Source of the DNA: Nitrospinota bacterium
GTDB lineage: Bacteria > Nitrospinota > Nitrospinia > Nitrospinales > VA-1
Length of the DNA: 64,000 nt
Direction: 5' to 3'
NCBI GenBank assembly: GCA_038108555.1
Contig: JAYNIA010000004.1
Location: 51,563 to 115,562 of the forward strand
Positions 51,460-60,090 of the stretch are shown piece after piece. Positions within the stretch are counted from its first letter, which is position 1; every line of letters starts with the position of its first letter. Position numbers and translations under genes: made by a program. Below the pieces are notes generated by a model. The model did not search any database. It saw only the letters and a list, made by a program, of their open reading frames with translations, and was not told the DNA's origin.

Positions 51460-52429
51460 GAAATCTGAAACTCTAACCATCGTTCAAATTAGTGATTTAG
51501 ACCGGGAAGACCGATTGACCGATTTTTCCCTCAACCCCACCGGGTGCCCGGAAAAATTGCTGGACTCTGTGAAAGAGGTCGGCATACGCCATCCTATAAG
51601 TATTTGTTCTGCAAATAAACCTTATAAAATTATCAGCGGCCACAAACGTGTTCAAGCTGCTATCAAAGCCGGTCTAACCACCATCCCCGCATTTTTTGTT
51701 CCCACCATGGACGATGCCCTGGTGTTTAACCTGAAAGAAAATTTTGCGCTGAGACAATATAGCGACATCGAAAAGGGCGGCATTCTCAACAAACTCATTG
51801 GAGCAAAAATTGAAGAAGAAAAAATTATTGATCTATATATGCCCCTGCTGGAGCTGGAACGCAGCAAAAAAATCTTTCAGGATCTTATCTCTGTCGAAAA
51901 GATAATTTCAGGATTACAGAAATTATTACACCAGTCAAAAGTTCCTGCAAAAGTTTTCCAGATTTTTTTCTCCTGGGATGAAGAAAACCAAAAATCTGCG
52001 CAACGATTCTTTGCCGCCACGCGGCCGGGAATAAATAAGTGGAGAGACCTATTGGAACTCGTCGAAGAAATTTCGCGACGGGACAACCTCACTCCCGAAG
52101 AAATCTTTACTTCATCTCCTGTTACTGAAGTTATGGAAGAAAAAATTCTCACTCCGCCGCAAAAATACGATCGGGTCCATCAACACTTGCAGGAAAAAAG
52201 GTATCCGGTTTTATCGGATTTAAGAAAACAGGTAGCCCGTGCTCTTGATGAAATGAAGCTCGATGATAAAACCAAGTTTAAATATCAAGAAGCATTTGAA
52301 AGTGACGAAATGAAACTGGAACTGAAATTCCAAACGGAAAGAGAACTATCACAACAAGTGGAAAAAATTTTTCAAGCCCTGCAATCCGGCTCGGTGGAAA
52401 AGCTTATAAAAATTATCAACCACAAATAA
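51458..52429 (+). CDS. ParB/Srx N-terminal domain protein
   Basis: LLDSVKEVGIRHPI..IISGHKRVQAA..NLKEN; no parA nearby. Confidence 0.75.
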   Translation: MKSETLTIVQISDLDREDRLTDFSLNPTGCPEKLLDSVKEVGIRHPISICSANKPYKIISGHKRVQAAIKAGLTTIPAFFVPTMDDALVFNLKENFALRQYSDIEKGGILNKLIGAKIEEEKIIDLYMPLLELERSKKIFQDLISVEKIISGLQKLLHQSKVPAKVFQIFFSWDEENQKSAQRFFAATRPGINKWRDLLELVEEISRRDNLTPEEIFTSSPVTEVMEEKILTPPQKYDRVHQHLQEKRYPVLSDLRKQVARALDEMKLDDKTKFKYQEAFESDEMKLELKFQTERELSQQVEKIFQALQSGSVEKLIKIINHK

Positions 52430-52519
52430 ACACAATTGATCCATCAATTATAAATGAATATCGAAATCTTTCACCTTGAATATTAATCCACTTTTTAAAA
52501 CATAACTGTCTGAAATAGA

Positions 52520-52828
52520 TTAAGCCGATAGTTTCTGGCGAAATTTCTTTTTAATGGGTTTAATAGCATGGTGCTTTTTCCGGCTATTCCAAAGGTCCCA
52601 GTCGCGCTGCAAATTGAGCCAGAATTCGGGTCCTGTATCCCAGGCCTGTCCCAGTGACAAAGCGGATTCAGGACTAACACCCCTTTTACAGTTGATTATT
52701 TCATTCAATCGGGCATAAGGCCATTTTAGGTGATTGGCCAACTCTGTTTGAGTTATCCCCGTAGGCTCAATAAATTCTTTCAACAACATCTCCCCAGGAT
52801 GTGTTGGGGGACGGTTTTTTGGCAACAT
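52520..52828 (-). CDS. higA: HigA antitoxin (XRE HTH)
   Basis: PTHPGEMLLKEF, TQTELA, RLNEIIN.KRGVS, PEFWLNLQ..WDL. Confidence 0.92.
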   Translation of the reverse strand: MLPKNRPPTHPGEMLLKEFIEPTGITQTELANHLKWPYARLNEIINCKRGVSPESALSLGQAWDTGPEFWLNLQRDWDLWNSRKKHHAIKPIKKKFRQKLSA

Positions 52829-52840
52829 ATATTTTTCTCC

Positions 52841-53131
52841 TTAATGATAGTCCACTACTTCTACATCGAGGGCATTGCTTTCTTTCCAACGAAAAACGAT
52901 TCTCCATTGATCGTTGATTCTCAAGCTCCAAAAACCTTTTAATTTTCCACCTAACTTTTCCAGTTTATTGCTGGGTGGTTTTCTCAAAACTGAAACTGAA
53001 GACACTACATTGATTTGGTCAAACAAGCGACGGGCTTTATCGTGCAACTCTTTTGGGATTTTTCTGGCTTCTTTACTATTAACCCCGTCATAAATATCAC
53101 GCGCTGATTTGCTTTTGAAATTTTTAATCAC
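52841..53131 (-). CDS. higB: HigB (RelE-family) toxin
   Basis: IKNFK..LRKPPSNKLEKLGG..WSLRINDQWRIVFRW..DVEVVDYH; start placed at GTG 53131. Confidence 0.92.
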   Translation of the reverse strand: MIKNFKSKSARDIYDGVNSKEARKIPKELHDKARRLFDQINVVSSVSVLRKPPSNKLEKLGGKLKGFWSLRINDQWRIVFRWKESNALDVEVVDYH

Positions 53132-53137
53132 TGGATT

Positions 53138-53158
53138 ATTATACCATATATCGATATA
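53138..53158 (-). promoter_or_regulatory. higBA extended -10 promoter with palindromic operator
   Basis: TGGTATAAT ending 6 nt before the GTG; perfect palindrome TATATCGATATA at 53147-53158. Confidence 0.65.
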
Positions 53159-53296
53159 CAATATAATTTAAATCACCTCAGCCCCTTTTGGTATATCGCA
53201 AAAATATTCATGCCCGAAACGGGTACATTTAAAAGAGGGTTAATTACAATTCTTTATCTAGAAGCTTGAGCGTAATTGAATCGCAGTAAAGGAATC

Positions 53297-53326
53297 GACC
53301 TGTTCCCACCGGGCGTGGCCCGGTTA
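53297..53326 (-). repeat. REP-like hairpin element, copy 2
   Basis: GACCTGTTCCCACCGGGCGTGGCCCGGTTA; includes the TAA stop of the TPR gene. Confidence 0.75.
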
Positions 53327-54568
53327 GAAGTAGCGTTTGCGAGGAGTGATTACTTTTTTAAATTCATCGGGACCAGTATGGTATTTCTTGTAAAGCTCCT
53401 CAAGATGCGCTCTTGATTCGCCGAGTTCTTTTAACTTTTTCTGTTCCGACAAAAACCGTTGTGTGATGATGCAGTGGGTGATCGCTTTTGCTCCCGACCG
53501 CCTTTCATCATAGGCATCGCTGAGCCGTTGATGTGCGTTGATATGTTCGGGATTAAAATAGACCACCTCTCGCAATATATCGATTTCTTCCCCCGGTTGA
53601 CCGTGGTATCTTGCATCTGTACTGATCTGAAAAAGGTTTTCCGCCAGGGCATCGTTGGCGGTTTCGTTATCAGGACTCAGTTCGACTGCTTTTCTTAAAG
53701 GTTTTTCTGCAATGCGGAATCTTTTTAGTTTCATCAATGCCGCCCCCAGTTTGAAATACCCTTCGGCACCATATTTGGGACTATGCTTGATAGCTCTGCG
53801 AAGAGGCACGATGCAATCTTCATATTTTTTCAATTTGAAATAAAGCATTCCCAACCGCAGGTTAGGCATGGCCGCTACCGGGTCCACCGAGATCGCTTCC
53901 TTATAATGTTTGATCGCCTTCTTCGTGTTTTTTAGTTTGCTGTAAACTTCTCCAAAGTTGTAATGCGCCTGTACCGTCAGGTTCTTATCGTAATTCAAAG
54001 CTTCCTGAATTTTTGCCAAGGCATCATTGTAGCGACCCAGCTCGGAATAACAAATTCCCATCGATAAATGTGCAGGACCAAAGTTTGGAATGATTTTTAC
54101 CGCTTCATGAAAATGGTATTCAGATTGTTTCTGGTTTTTCATGCGACCATAGGAGGTGGATAGATTGGAATGAGCCTGACAAAGGGCTTTTTTCACCACC
54201 TCGCTTTGTGGATCAAGGCGCATGGCCTCGGTTAAGTGCTCAACGGCATCGTCGTCGCGACCCATTTCCATTTGTGCCCGCCCCAATAGCAAACGCGCGC
54301 TTTTATGTTCGGGTCCTTTACCGACCACTTCAAGCAAGGGAGGAATGGCTTCGCCGTAGCGGTGCATTTCCATAAACACTTCGCCCAGGTCATAATGGAG
54401 TTTTATATCTTCAGGAGCGTGCTGGATGGCTTCTTTGATTCTTTCAGCCAATGCCTTGAGCTCTTGAGGACTCCGCACCTCGACCTCCTCTTCTGCCGGA
54501 CTTCGTTTTCCCCAGAGCAATAATTTTTCAATGATGCCTTTAAACCAGGCTTTTATTTTTTCTACCAT
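53324..54568 (-). CDS. Tetratricopeptide repeat protein
   Basis: Multiple TPR units (LHYDLGEVF, AHLSMGICY, AHYNFGEVY, GYFKLGAAL). Confidence 0.9.
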   Translation of the reverse strand: MVEKIKAWFKGIIEKLLLWGKRSPAEEEVEVRSPQELKALAERIKEAIQHAPEDIKLHYDLGEVFMEMHRYGEAIPPLLEVVGKGPEHKSARLLLGRAQMEMGRDDDAVEHLTEAMRLDPQSEVVKKALCQAHSNLSTSYGRMKNQKQSEYHFHEAVKIIPNFGPAHLSMGICYSELGRYNDALAKIQEALNYDKNLTVQAHYNFGEVYSKLKNTKKAIKHYKEAISVDPVAAMPNLRLGMLYFKLKKYEDCIVPLRRAIKHSPKYGAEGYFKLGAALMKLKRFRIAEKPLRKAVELSPDNETANDALAENLFQISTDARYHGQPGEEIDILREVVYFNPEHINAHQRLSDAYDERRSGAKAITHCIITQRFLSEQKKLKELGESRAHLEELYKKYHTGPDEFKKVITPRKRYF

Positions 54569-54718
54569 TTTCCAGATTTATTCTTTTTTCGACCTGGGTT
54601 TGTTTATTGAAGATAAAAAGTATAAAGGGACAATGGTAAAAGGCGCAACCCTTTAACGGGGTAAGTAATTTAGCGCGTAGACAAAGGCCGAAGGATTTCT
54701 TTTAGCTATACAGGATCT

Positions 54719-54748
54719 GACCTATTGCAACCGGCGGCTCGCCGGTTA
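54719..54748 (-). repeat. REP-like hairpin element, copy 3 (diverged)
   Basis: GACCTATTGCAACCGGCGGCTCGCCGGTTA; 21/30 ungapped identity to copy 2 with two compensated base pairs; includes the TAA stop of the DegT gene. Confidence 0.6.
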
Positions 54749-55903
54749 GCGGCGGAATTTTTTGACGAGATTACGTACCATGTCGATCACCCGATTGACA
54801 TCGGCTTCTGACATTTTAGGGTACAGCGGAATGGAGAGGATGCGCTCGGAATAGTTTGATGCGACCGGATAGTCCTGCGGTTTGGTGTTGAAATTTTTAA
54901 TATAGTAAGGCTGCAAATGCAGGGCAATGTAGTGGACGGCAACCCCAATGCCGGATTCCTGCATGGCATCGAGAAATGCATCGCGATCAATGGTCAACTG
55001 TTCGAGTCGAAGAGCCAGCACGTAAATATGATATCCATGCTCGATACCATCATGGCTGACCGGGGTTTCTATTTCCGGAACATCAGCGAAACCCTTATCA
55101 TACATAGCCACGTATTTACGACGCAGCTCCATAAATTTGTCTACCTTTTTCAGTTGATGAATTCCAATCGAGGCATTGATGTCAGACATATTGCATTTAT
55201 GTCCGGCCATTTTTTGTTCCCAATGGGTGTATCCCGATTTTCCATATCGTTTCCACGCATCGCGGCTGATGCCCTGCAAACGCATGATCTGGAACTGTTC
55301 TGCCAGCTCATCGTCATCGGTGACCACCATTCCACCTTCTCCGGTGGTTATGTTTTTGTTGGCGTAAAAACTGAAAGACGTGGTGTTTCCCATGTTCCCC
55401 ACCTTTTTGCCCTTGTATTTTGTTTCGAGGGCATGGGCTCCATCTTCTATCACCAGCAGATTGTGTTTTTCAGCGATGGCATTAATGGCATCCATATCGC
55501 AGGGATGACCGGAGTAATGGACCGGGATAATGGCTCGCGTCCGCGAAGTGATTTTTTCTTCTATCTTGTTGGGATCGATGAGTAACGTCCCCGGCTCAAC
55601 ATCTACAAGAACCGGTTTCATTTTTTGCAGGAGAATGACGTTGGCGGTTGCAGGAAACGTCATCGGAGTGGTGATGACTTCATCCCCTTCGGGAAAGCCC
55701 TGCACCTCAAGCGCAAGGTTCAAACCTGCCGTACAGGAGTTTAAGGCGATGGCGTGCTTGCATCCAATATAGTTTGCGAAAGACTCCTCAAACTTTTTGG
55801 TCTTTGGTCCCGTGGTTAACCAACCGGAGCTTAAAGTATCTTCAACTTCCTGATGTTCCTCTTCCCCCATCCAGGACTTATGAAAGGGCAGGTCAATTTT
55901 CAT
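54746..55903 (-). CDS. DegT/DnrJ/EryC1/StrS PLP sugar aminotransferase
   Basis: SGWLTTGP, NSCTAGL, PVHYSG, IEDGAHA, FSFYANKNITTGEGGM. Confidence 0.93.
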   Translation of the reverse strand: MKIDLPFHKSWMGEEEHQEVEDTLSSGWLTTGPKTKKFEESFANYIGCKHAIALNSCTAGLNLALEVQGFPEGDEVITTPMTFPATANVILLQKMKPVLVDVEPGTLLIDPNKIEEKITSRTRAIIPVHYSGHPCDMDAINAIAEKHNLLVIEDGAHALETKYKGKKVGNMGNTTSFSFYANKNITTGEGGMVVTDDDELAEQFQIMRLQGISRDAWKRYGKSGYTHWEQKMAGHKCNMSDINASIGIHQLKKVDKFMELRRKYVAMYDKGFADVPEIETPVSHDGIEHGYHIYVLALRLEQLTIDRDAFLDAMQESGIGVAVHYIALHLQPYYIKNFNTKPQDYPVASNYSERILSIPLYPKMSEADVNRVIDMVRNLVKKFRR

Positions 55904-55920
55904 GCTTGGGTCTCGTCTGA

Positions 55921-56661
55921 TTATTTGAGTGCGTGGCGATCAGGGTCTGGCATGGCCAATATACTATCGGCATCGAAATCCACATACTCTTTTTTCTCCC
56001 ATGCATCATTATTATTAGGAATAAAGTACAAGGTTTTCATTCCCCCACTGATGGAGGAGGTGTCGGTGAGTACGGTAATGACCCATTTGCCATCAACTTT
56101 TTCCCAATAATCGACGTGGGGGCGGCGCATTTCAAATGAAATATCTTCACGAACCAAAGCAGGATTAATTCGCTCCCTCCCGGTTAACATTATTTTTACC
56201 ATGGCATATTTGCCATCTTTGCTTATGGAAATTTTTTCGAGTTCATAACCTTTTACCTGGATAAAAGGATTGTAAAACCACTTGTAATAATTTTTTCTCG
56301 GGAAACCCAGTGCATCTTTTTTCTTATAGTTCTTTTTTATATAGTCCATTGGAGGCAGCATTCCGCCTGAGATATGGCCCATGACTCCATCACGGTAGCC
56401 TTTCACCAGGCGGCCTTCAAAGTATAAAAATTCCTCTATTGATACCTCTTTTTTGTATTTTGGATGTTGGAATTGATAAGCCCCTTTGAGATCGTTATTT
56501 ACCCGTTTTTGGAAATATTCTTTCTCCAGCTTTTCAAGTTCCTGGGCTTCTTTTAGAACCGCATCCCCGATTTGTGCCCAACTTGCATTTGCTGTTGAGA
56601 AGCCTCCCAGGAACAACAAGCCAATAATCAAATAAACCTTTGTCTTTACATACTTTTCCAT
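55921..56661 (-). CDS. Hypothetical exported protein
   Basis: AGGAGA RBS before MEKYVKT; signal-peptide-like N-terminus; 246-aa ORF. Confidence 0.65.
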   Translation of the reverse strand: MEKYVKTKVYLIIGLLFLGGFSTANASWAQIGDAVLKEAQELEKLEKEYFQKRVNNDLKGAYQFQHPKYKKEVSIEEFLYFEGRLVKGYRDGVMGHISGGMLPPMDYIKKNYKKKDALGFPRKNYYKWFYNPFIQVKGYELEKISISKDGKYAMVKIMLTGRERINPALVREDISFEMRRPHVDYWEKVDGKWVITVLTDTSSISGGMKTLYFIPNNNDAWEKKEYVDFDADSILAMPDPDRHALK

Positions 56662-56849
56662 TCTAGTTCTCCTGTTCAAATATCTATTCGATCGACCTTC
56701 ATTTCAGGTCGTAAAATACATTTTGGACCGATTCAGTCGCACATGGCATCGTTGTCTTAACGGCAAATCAGAAATTTTAGTTGAGTTATATGATAGGAAA
56801 TCGCCACTGTCGGCTGGAATTTTGTCCTGTACCTCCTGACTAATGCTTT

Positions 56850-58676
56850 TTACGGATTTTGACCGGATTGAATCTTTTTGGCTAACGGTTGGGTGATCCC
56901 CGGAAGGGCCGTCAACTCTTCCAGCGATGCTTTTTTAATATTCTCCAAACTTCCAAATTGTTTTAAGAGCATCAGACGACGCTTTTTCCCAATTCCCGGA
57001 ATCGATTCCAAAGGGGACTCCAAAGTTTTTTTACCGCGTAATTTTCTATGGTAAGTAATTGCGAACCGATGTGCTTCATCCCGAATCCGCTGCATTAAAA
57101 AACGCGAGGGAGAATTTTCCTGGAACAGCACCGGTTTTTTCTGCTGGGGTAGGAAAACCTCATCTGTTGCCAGGTTGTTTCTAAATTTACCCTTGGCAAT
57201 GCAGGCCAGATCAATCCGATCAACCAGGTCAAGGGCTTCCAATACTTCAAAACCTGCATTCAAATGTCCCTTACCCCCATCAATGAGTATGAGGTTTGGT
57301 AAAGGCGTATTTTCTTCAAGCAACCGGCTATAGCGTCGTGTCATCACTTCTCTCAACATGGCATAGTCATCGATACCCTTTACCGTTTCAATTTTATACC
57401 GACGGTATTTCGATTTTTCCGCCAGAGCGTTTTCGAAAACCACCATCGACCCCACCGCATGGGAACCGGAGATATTTGACAGGTCAAACCCTTCAATGAC
57501 TTCGGGGAAATGTTTTAATGCCAAAGCGGTTTGCAGTTCTTCCAGCGAACGCGTTCCCACCTCTCCCTTGTCTCGTTCCATTCTCATAGCGAAGCTGGCA
57601 TTTTCTTCTGCCATTCTTATCAGGTCGCGTTTTTTTCCAATAGCCGGTACCTCGAGACGCACACGCGTCCCCTTCTTTTCTGATAACCAATCGGCGATCA
57701 AATCTGAATCTTCAATGGGATGCGGCAACAGTATCTCTGCCGGCAGCATGGTTTCCTCTGCATAATATTGCTTGAGAAACGATGAAAGAGTTTCGTCTTG
57801 TTCCATTTCGTTGAGAGACTTCAGTTTGAATATTTTTTCGCCCAGCATTTTTCCTGCTCTAATTATCAACACCTGGGCCATAGCCTGGTCCTTTTCCGAG
57901 CAATAGGCAATTACATCCTGATCTTCCAATGAAGTTGAAATTATTTTTTGTTTATCGAGAACCGTTTGCACTGCAGCAATTTTATCGCGGAGAACGGCTG
58001 CCTCTTCGTACCGGGTTTCAAGGGAAGCCGTTTCCATTTTAGATTTCAGGTTCTTTATTAAAGACGTATTTTTACCTTTCAGGAACAGGGAAACATCTTT
58101 CACTATTTCTAAATAGTCTTCCGGTGAAACCAATCCCGCACAGGGAGCGAGGCAACGTCCCATCTGATGATTCAGGCAGGGTCGGCGGATGGGCGTGCCA
58201 TCCAATTTATCCTTACTTTGCCGGAGCGGAAAAATTTTGTATATCAGACGAATGGTCTCACGGACTTCTTTCACCATCGTATAAGGACCGAAATAGGTTG
58301 CCTTGTCTTTTTTAACCCGGCGAACCACTTCCAGACGAGGGTATTTTTCCTGCGTAGTCAAACGGAGGTAGGGATAATGCTTATCATCTTTAAGGAGTAC
58401 GTTGTATTTCGGTTGGTGCTTTTTTATAAAGTTGCTTTCAAGGATCAGCGCTTCTGCTTCTGTATTCGTGGTCAAAAACTTGATATCATCGACCTTGCCT
58501 AAAAACATCCTCGTACGGGGATGAAGGTTCCGCGAGTTTTGAAAATAGGAACGTACGCGGTTCCTTAAAACCTTGGCCTTACCTATATAAAGAATTTCCG
58601 ACCGGCGATCCTTCATGATATAAATTCCCGGTAGCTTGGGGATTTTCTCTATAATGTCTTTGATTTTTGTTTCCAG
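56850..58676 (-). CDS. uvrC: Excinuclease ABC subunit C (probable CTG start)
   Basis: PGIY..YIGKA GIY-YIG motif, UVR domain, FDLSN, IDGGKG, RDEAHRFA, HhH motifs. Confidence 0.95.
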   Translation of the reverse strand: METKIKDIIEKIPKLPGIYIMKDRRSEILYIGKAKVLRNRVRSYFQNSRNLHPRTRMFLGKVDDIKFLTTNTEAEALILESNFIKKHQPKYNVLLKDDKHYPYLRLTTQEKYPRLEVVRRVKKDKATYFGPYTMVKEVRETIRLIYKIFPLRQSKDKLDGTPIRRPCLNHQMGRCLAPCAGLVSPEDYLEIVKDVSLFLKGKNTSLIKNLKSKMETASLETRYEEAAVLRDKIAAVQTVLDKQKIISTSLEDQDVIAYCSEKDQAMAQVLIIRAGKMLGEKIFKLKSLNEMEQDETLSSFLKQYYAEETMLPAEILLPHPIEDSDLIADWLSEKKGTRVRLEVPAIGKKRDLIRMAEENASFAMRMERDKGEVGTRSLEELQTALALKHFPEVIEGFDLSNISGSHAVGSMVVFENALAEKSKYRRYKIETVKGIDDYAMLREVMTRRYSRLLEENTPLPNLILIDGGKGHLNAGFEVLEALDLVDRIDLACIAKGKFRNNLATDEVFLPQQKKPVLFQENSPSRFLMQRIRDEAHRFAITYHRKLRGKKTLESPLESIPGIGKKRRLMLLKQFGSLENIKKASLEELTALPGITQPLAKKIQSGQNP

Positions 58677-58728
58677 AGGAACCTCCTGAATAACATCTTT
58701 CTATCCTTAAAAATATACTCCTATTTGT

Positions 58729-60090
58729 ATGAAGACCGAAAGCAATAATCAACGAGGATTCTGGGGCAGCCGATTGGGATTCATTCTTGCTGCTTCAGGT
58801 TCTGCCATCGGGCTCGGCAATGTGTGGAAGTTTCCTTATATAGTGGGGGAGAATGGCGGCGGAGCCTTTGTCCTTATTTATCTCGTTTGCATATTCGTTA
58901 TAGGCACCCCCATCATGCTCGCGGAATTTACCCTGGGAAGAAAAACCAACCTGAACCCTGTAGGTGCTTTCTCTGAACTAAAACCAAATACCCCTTTTAT
59001 CAGTATTGGTTATATGGGGGTGCTTGCGGGATTTCTCATCCTCTCTTTTTATGGTGTGGTGGGGGGATGGACTTTTGCCTATGTCGCTAAATCGATCTCC
59101 GGCAGTGTTTTGTCTTTCACTTCGCCCAAAGAAGCGGGAGCATTTTTTGGAAACTTTATCGGCAATACAGGGGAAGCTCTTTTTTACCACGCGTTGTTCA
59201 TGGGAGTCTGTATTGCCATTGTACTTCGAGGAGTGCATGGAGGCATTGAAAGAGCCTGTGACATTTTGATGCCCACACTGGTGTTGTTCCTGTTCCTCCT
59301 GATGATCCGCTCCCTGACTCTCGACGGCGCAATGGAAGGGGTTGCTTTTTATTTGAGTCCCGACTTCAGCAAAATTCATGCGAACACGGTCCTCATTGCA
59401 TTGGGCCAAGCTTTTTTCTCTCTCAGCCTGGGAATGGGTTGCATGATCACCTATGGCAGCTACCTTTCGGAAAAAGAAAACCTGACTTCGTCTACGGTAT
59501 ATGTGGTGATATTCGATACTCTCATTGCCTTGCTGGTAGGAATGGTTATTTTTCCCGCCGTGTTCGCAATGGGACTGGAGCCTGCCGAAGGTCCCAGCCT
59601 GGTATTCAGCGTTTTGCCCACAGTTTTTACCAGCATGCCTATGGGGCAAGTTGTTTCCATCATCTTTTTTACTCTTCTTGCAATCGCTGCGATTACTTCC
59701 GGGATATCTTTGTTGGAGGTGGTTGTCGCCTATTTCATCGATCAACGGGGTTGGCCACGAAAAAAAGCGGTCATCATCGTGGGTTCGGTTATCTTCGCGT
59801 TTGGAGTCCCCAGTGGCTTGTCTTTTGGTATCATGGCAGAAATGAAGGTCATGGGCATGACCTTCTTCGACCATGTGGACAATATCGCCTCCAACTACCT
59901 GCTTCCCTTGGGCGGAATGTTAACCGCCATTTTTGTCGGATGGATCTGGGGAACCGACAAGGCGCATTCAGAAATTGAAAAGCATGAAAACGAATTTGGT
60001 TTCCCCTGGGCCCAATGCTGGGAGTTCCTCATCCGCTACATTACCCCTGTTGCTGTGGGTATTGTTTTTCTCGCAAAGGTCCTTCCTTGA
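58729..60090 (+). CDS. Sodium-dependent NSS/SNF family transporter
   Basis: SAIGLGNVWKFPY..ENGGGAF, GQAFFSLSLGMG..TYGSY, GPSLVF. Confidence 0.93.
   Translation: MKTESNNQRGFWGSRLGFILAASGSAIGLGNVWKFPYIVGENGGGAFVLIYLVCIFVIGTPIMLAEFTLGRKTNLNPVGAFSELKPNTPFISIGYMGVLAGFLILSFYGVVGGWTFAYVAKSISGSVLSFTSPKEAGAFFGNFIGNTGEALFYHALFMGVCIAIVLRGVHGGIERACDILMPTLVLFLFLLMIRSLTLDGAMEGVAFYLSPDFSKIHANTVLIALGQAFFSLSLGMGCMITYGSYLSEKENLTSSTVYVVIFDTLIALLVGMVIFPAVFAMGLEPAEGPSLVFSVLPTVFTSMPMGQVVSIIFFTLLAIAAITSGISLLEVVVAYFIDQRGWPRKKAVIIVGSVIFAFGVPSGLSFGIMAEMKVMGMTFFDHVDNIASNYLLPLGGMLTAIFVGWIWGTDKAHSEIEKHENEFGFPWAQCWEFLIRYITPVAVGIVFLAKVLP

Noticed and set aside
53297..54748. Integron attC sites (TAAC overlapping the stop, TA module nearby)
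   Set aside because: No matching distal GTTRRRY box or long attC fold, no integrase, and the associated genes look chromosomal.
58978..59874. 298-aa antisense ORF
   Set aside because: Shadow of the NSS transporter with no recognisable motifs.
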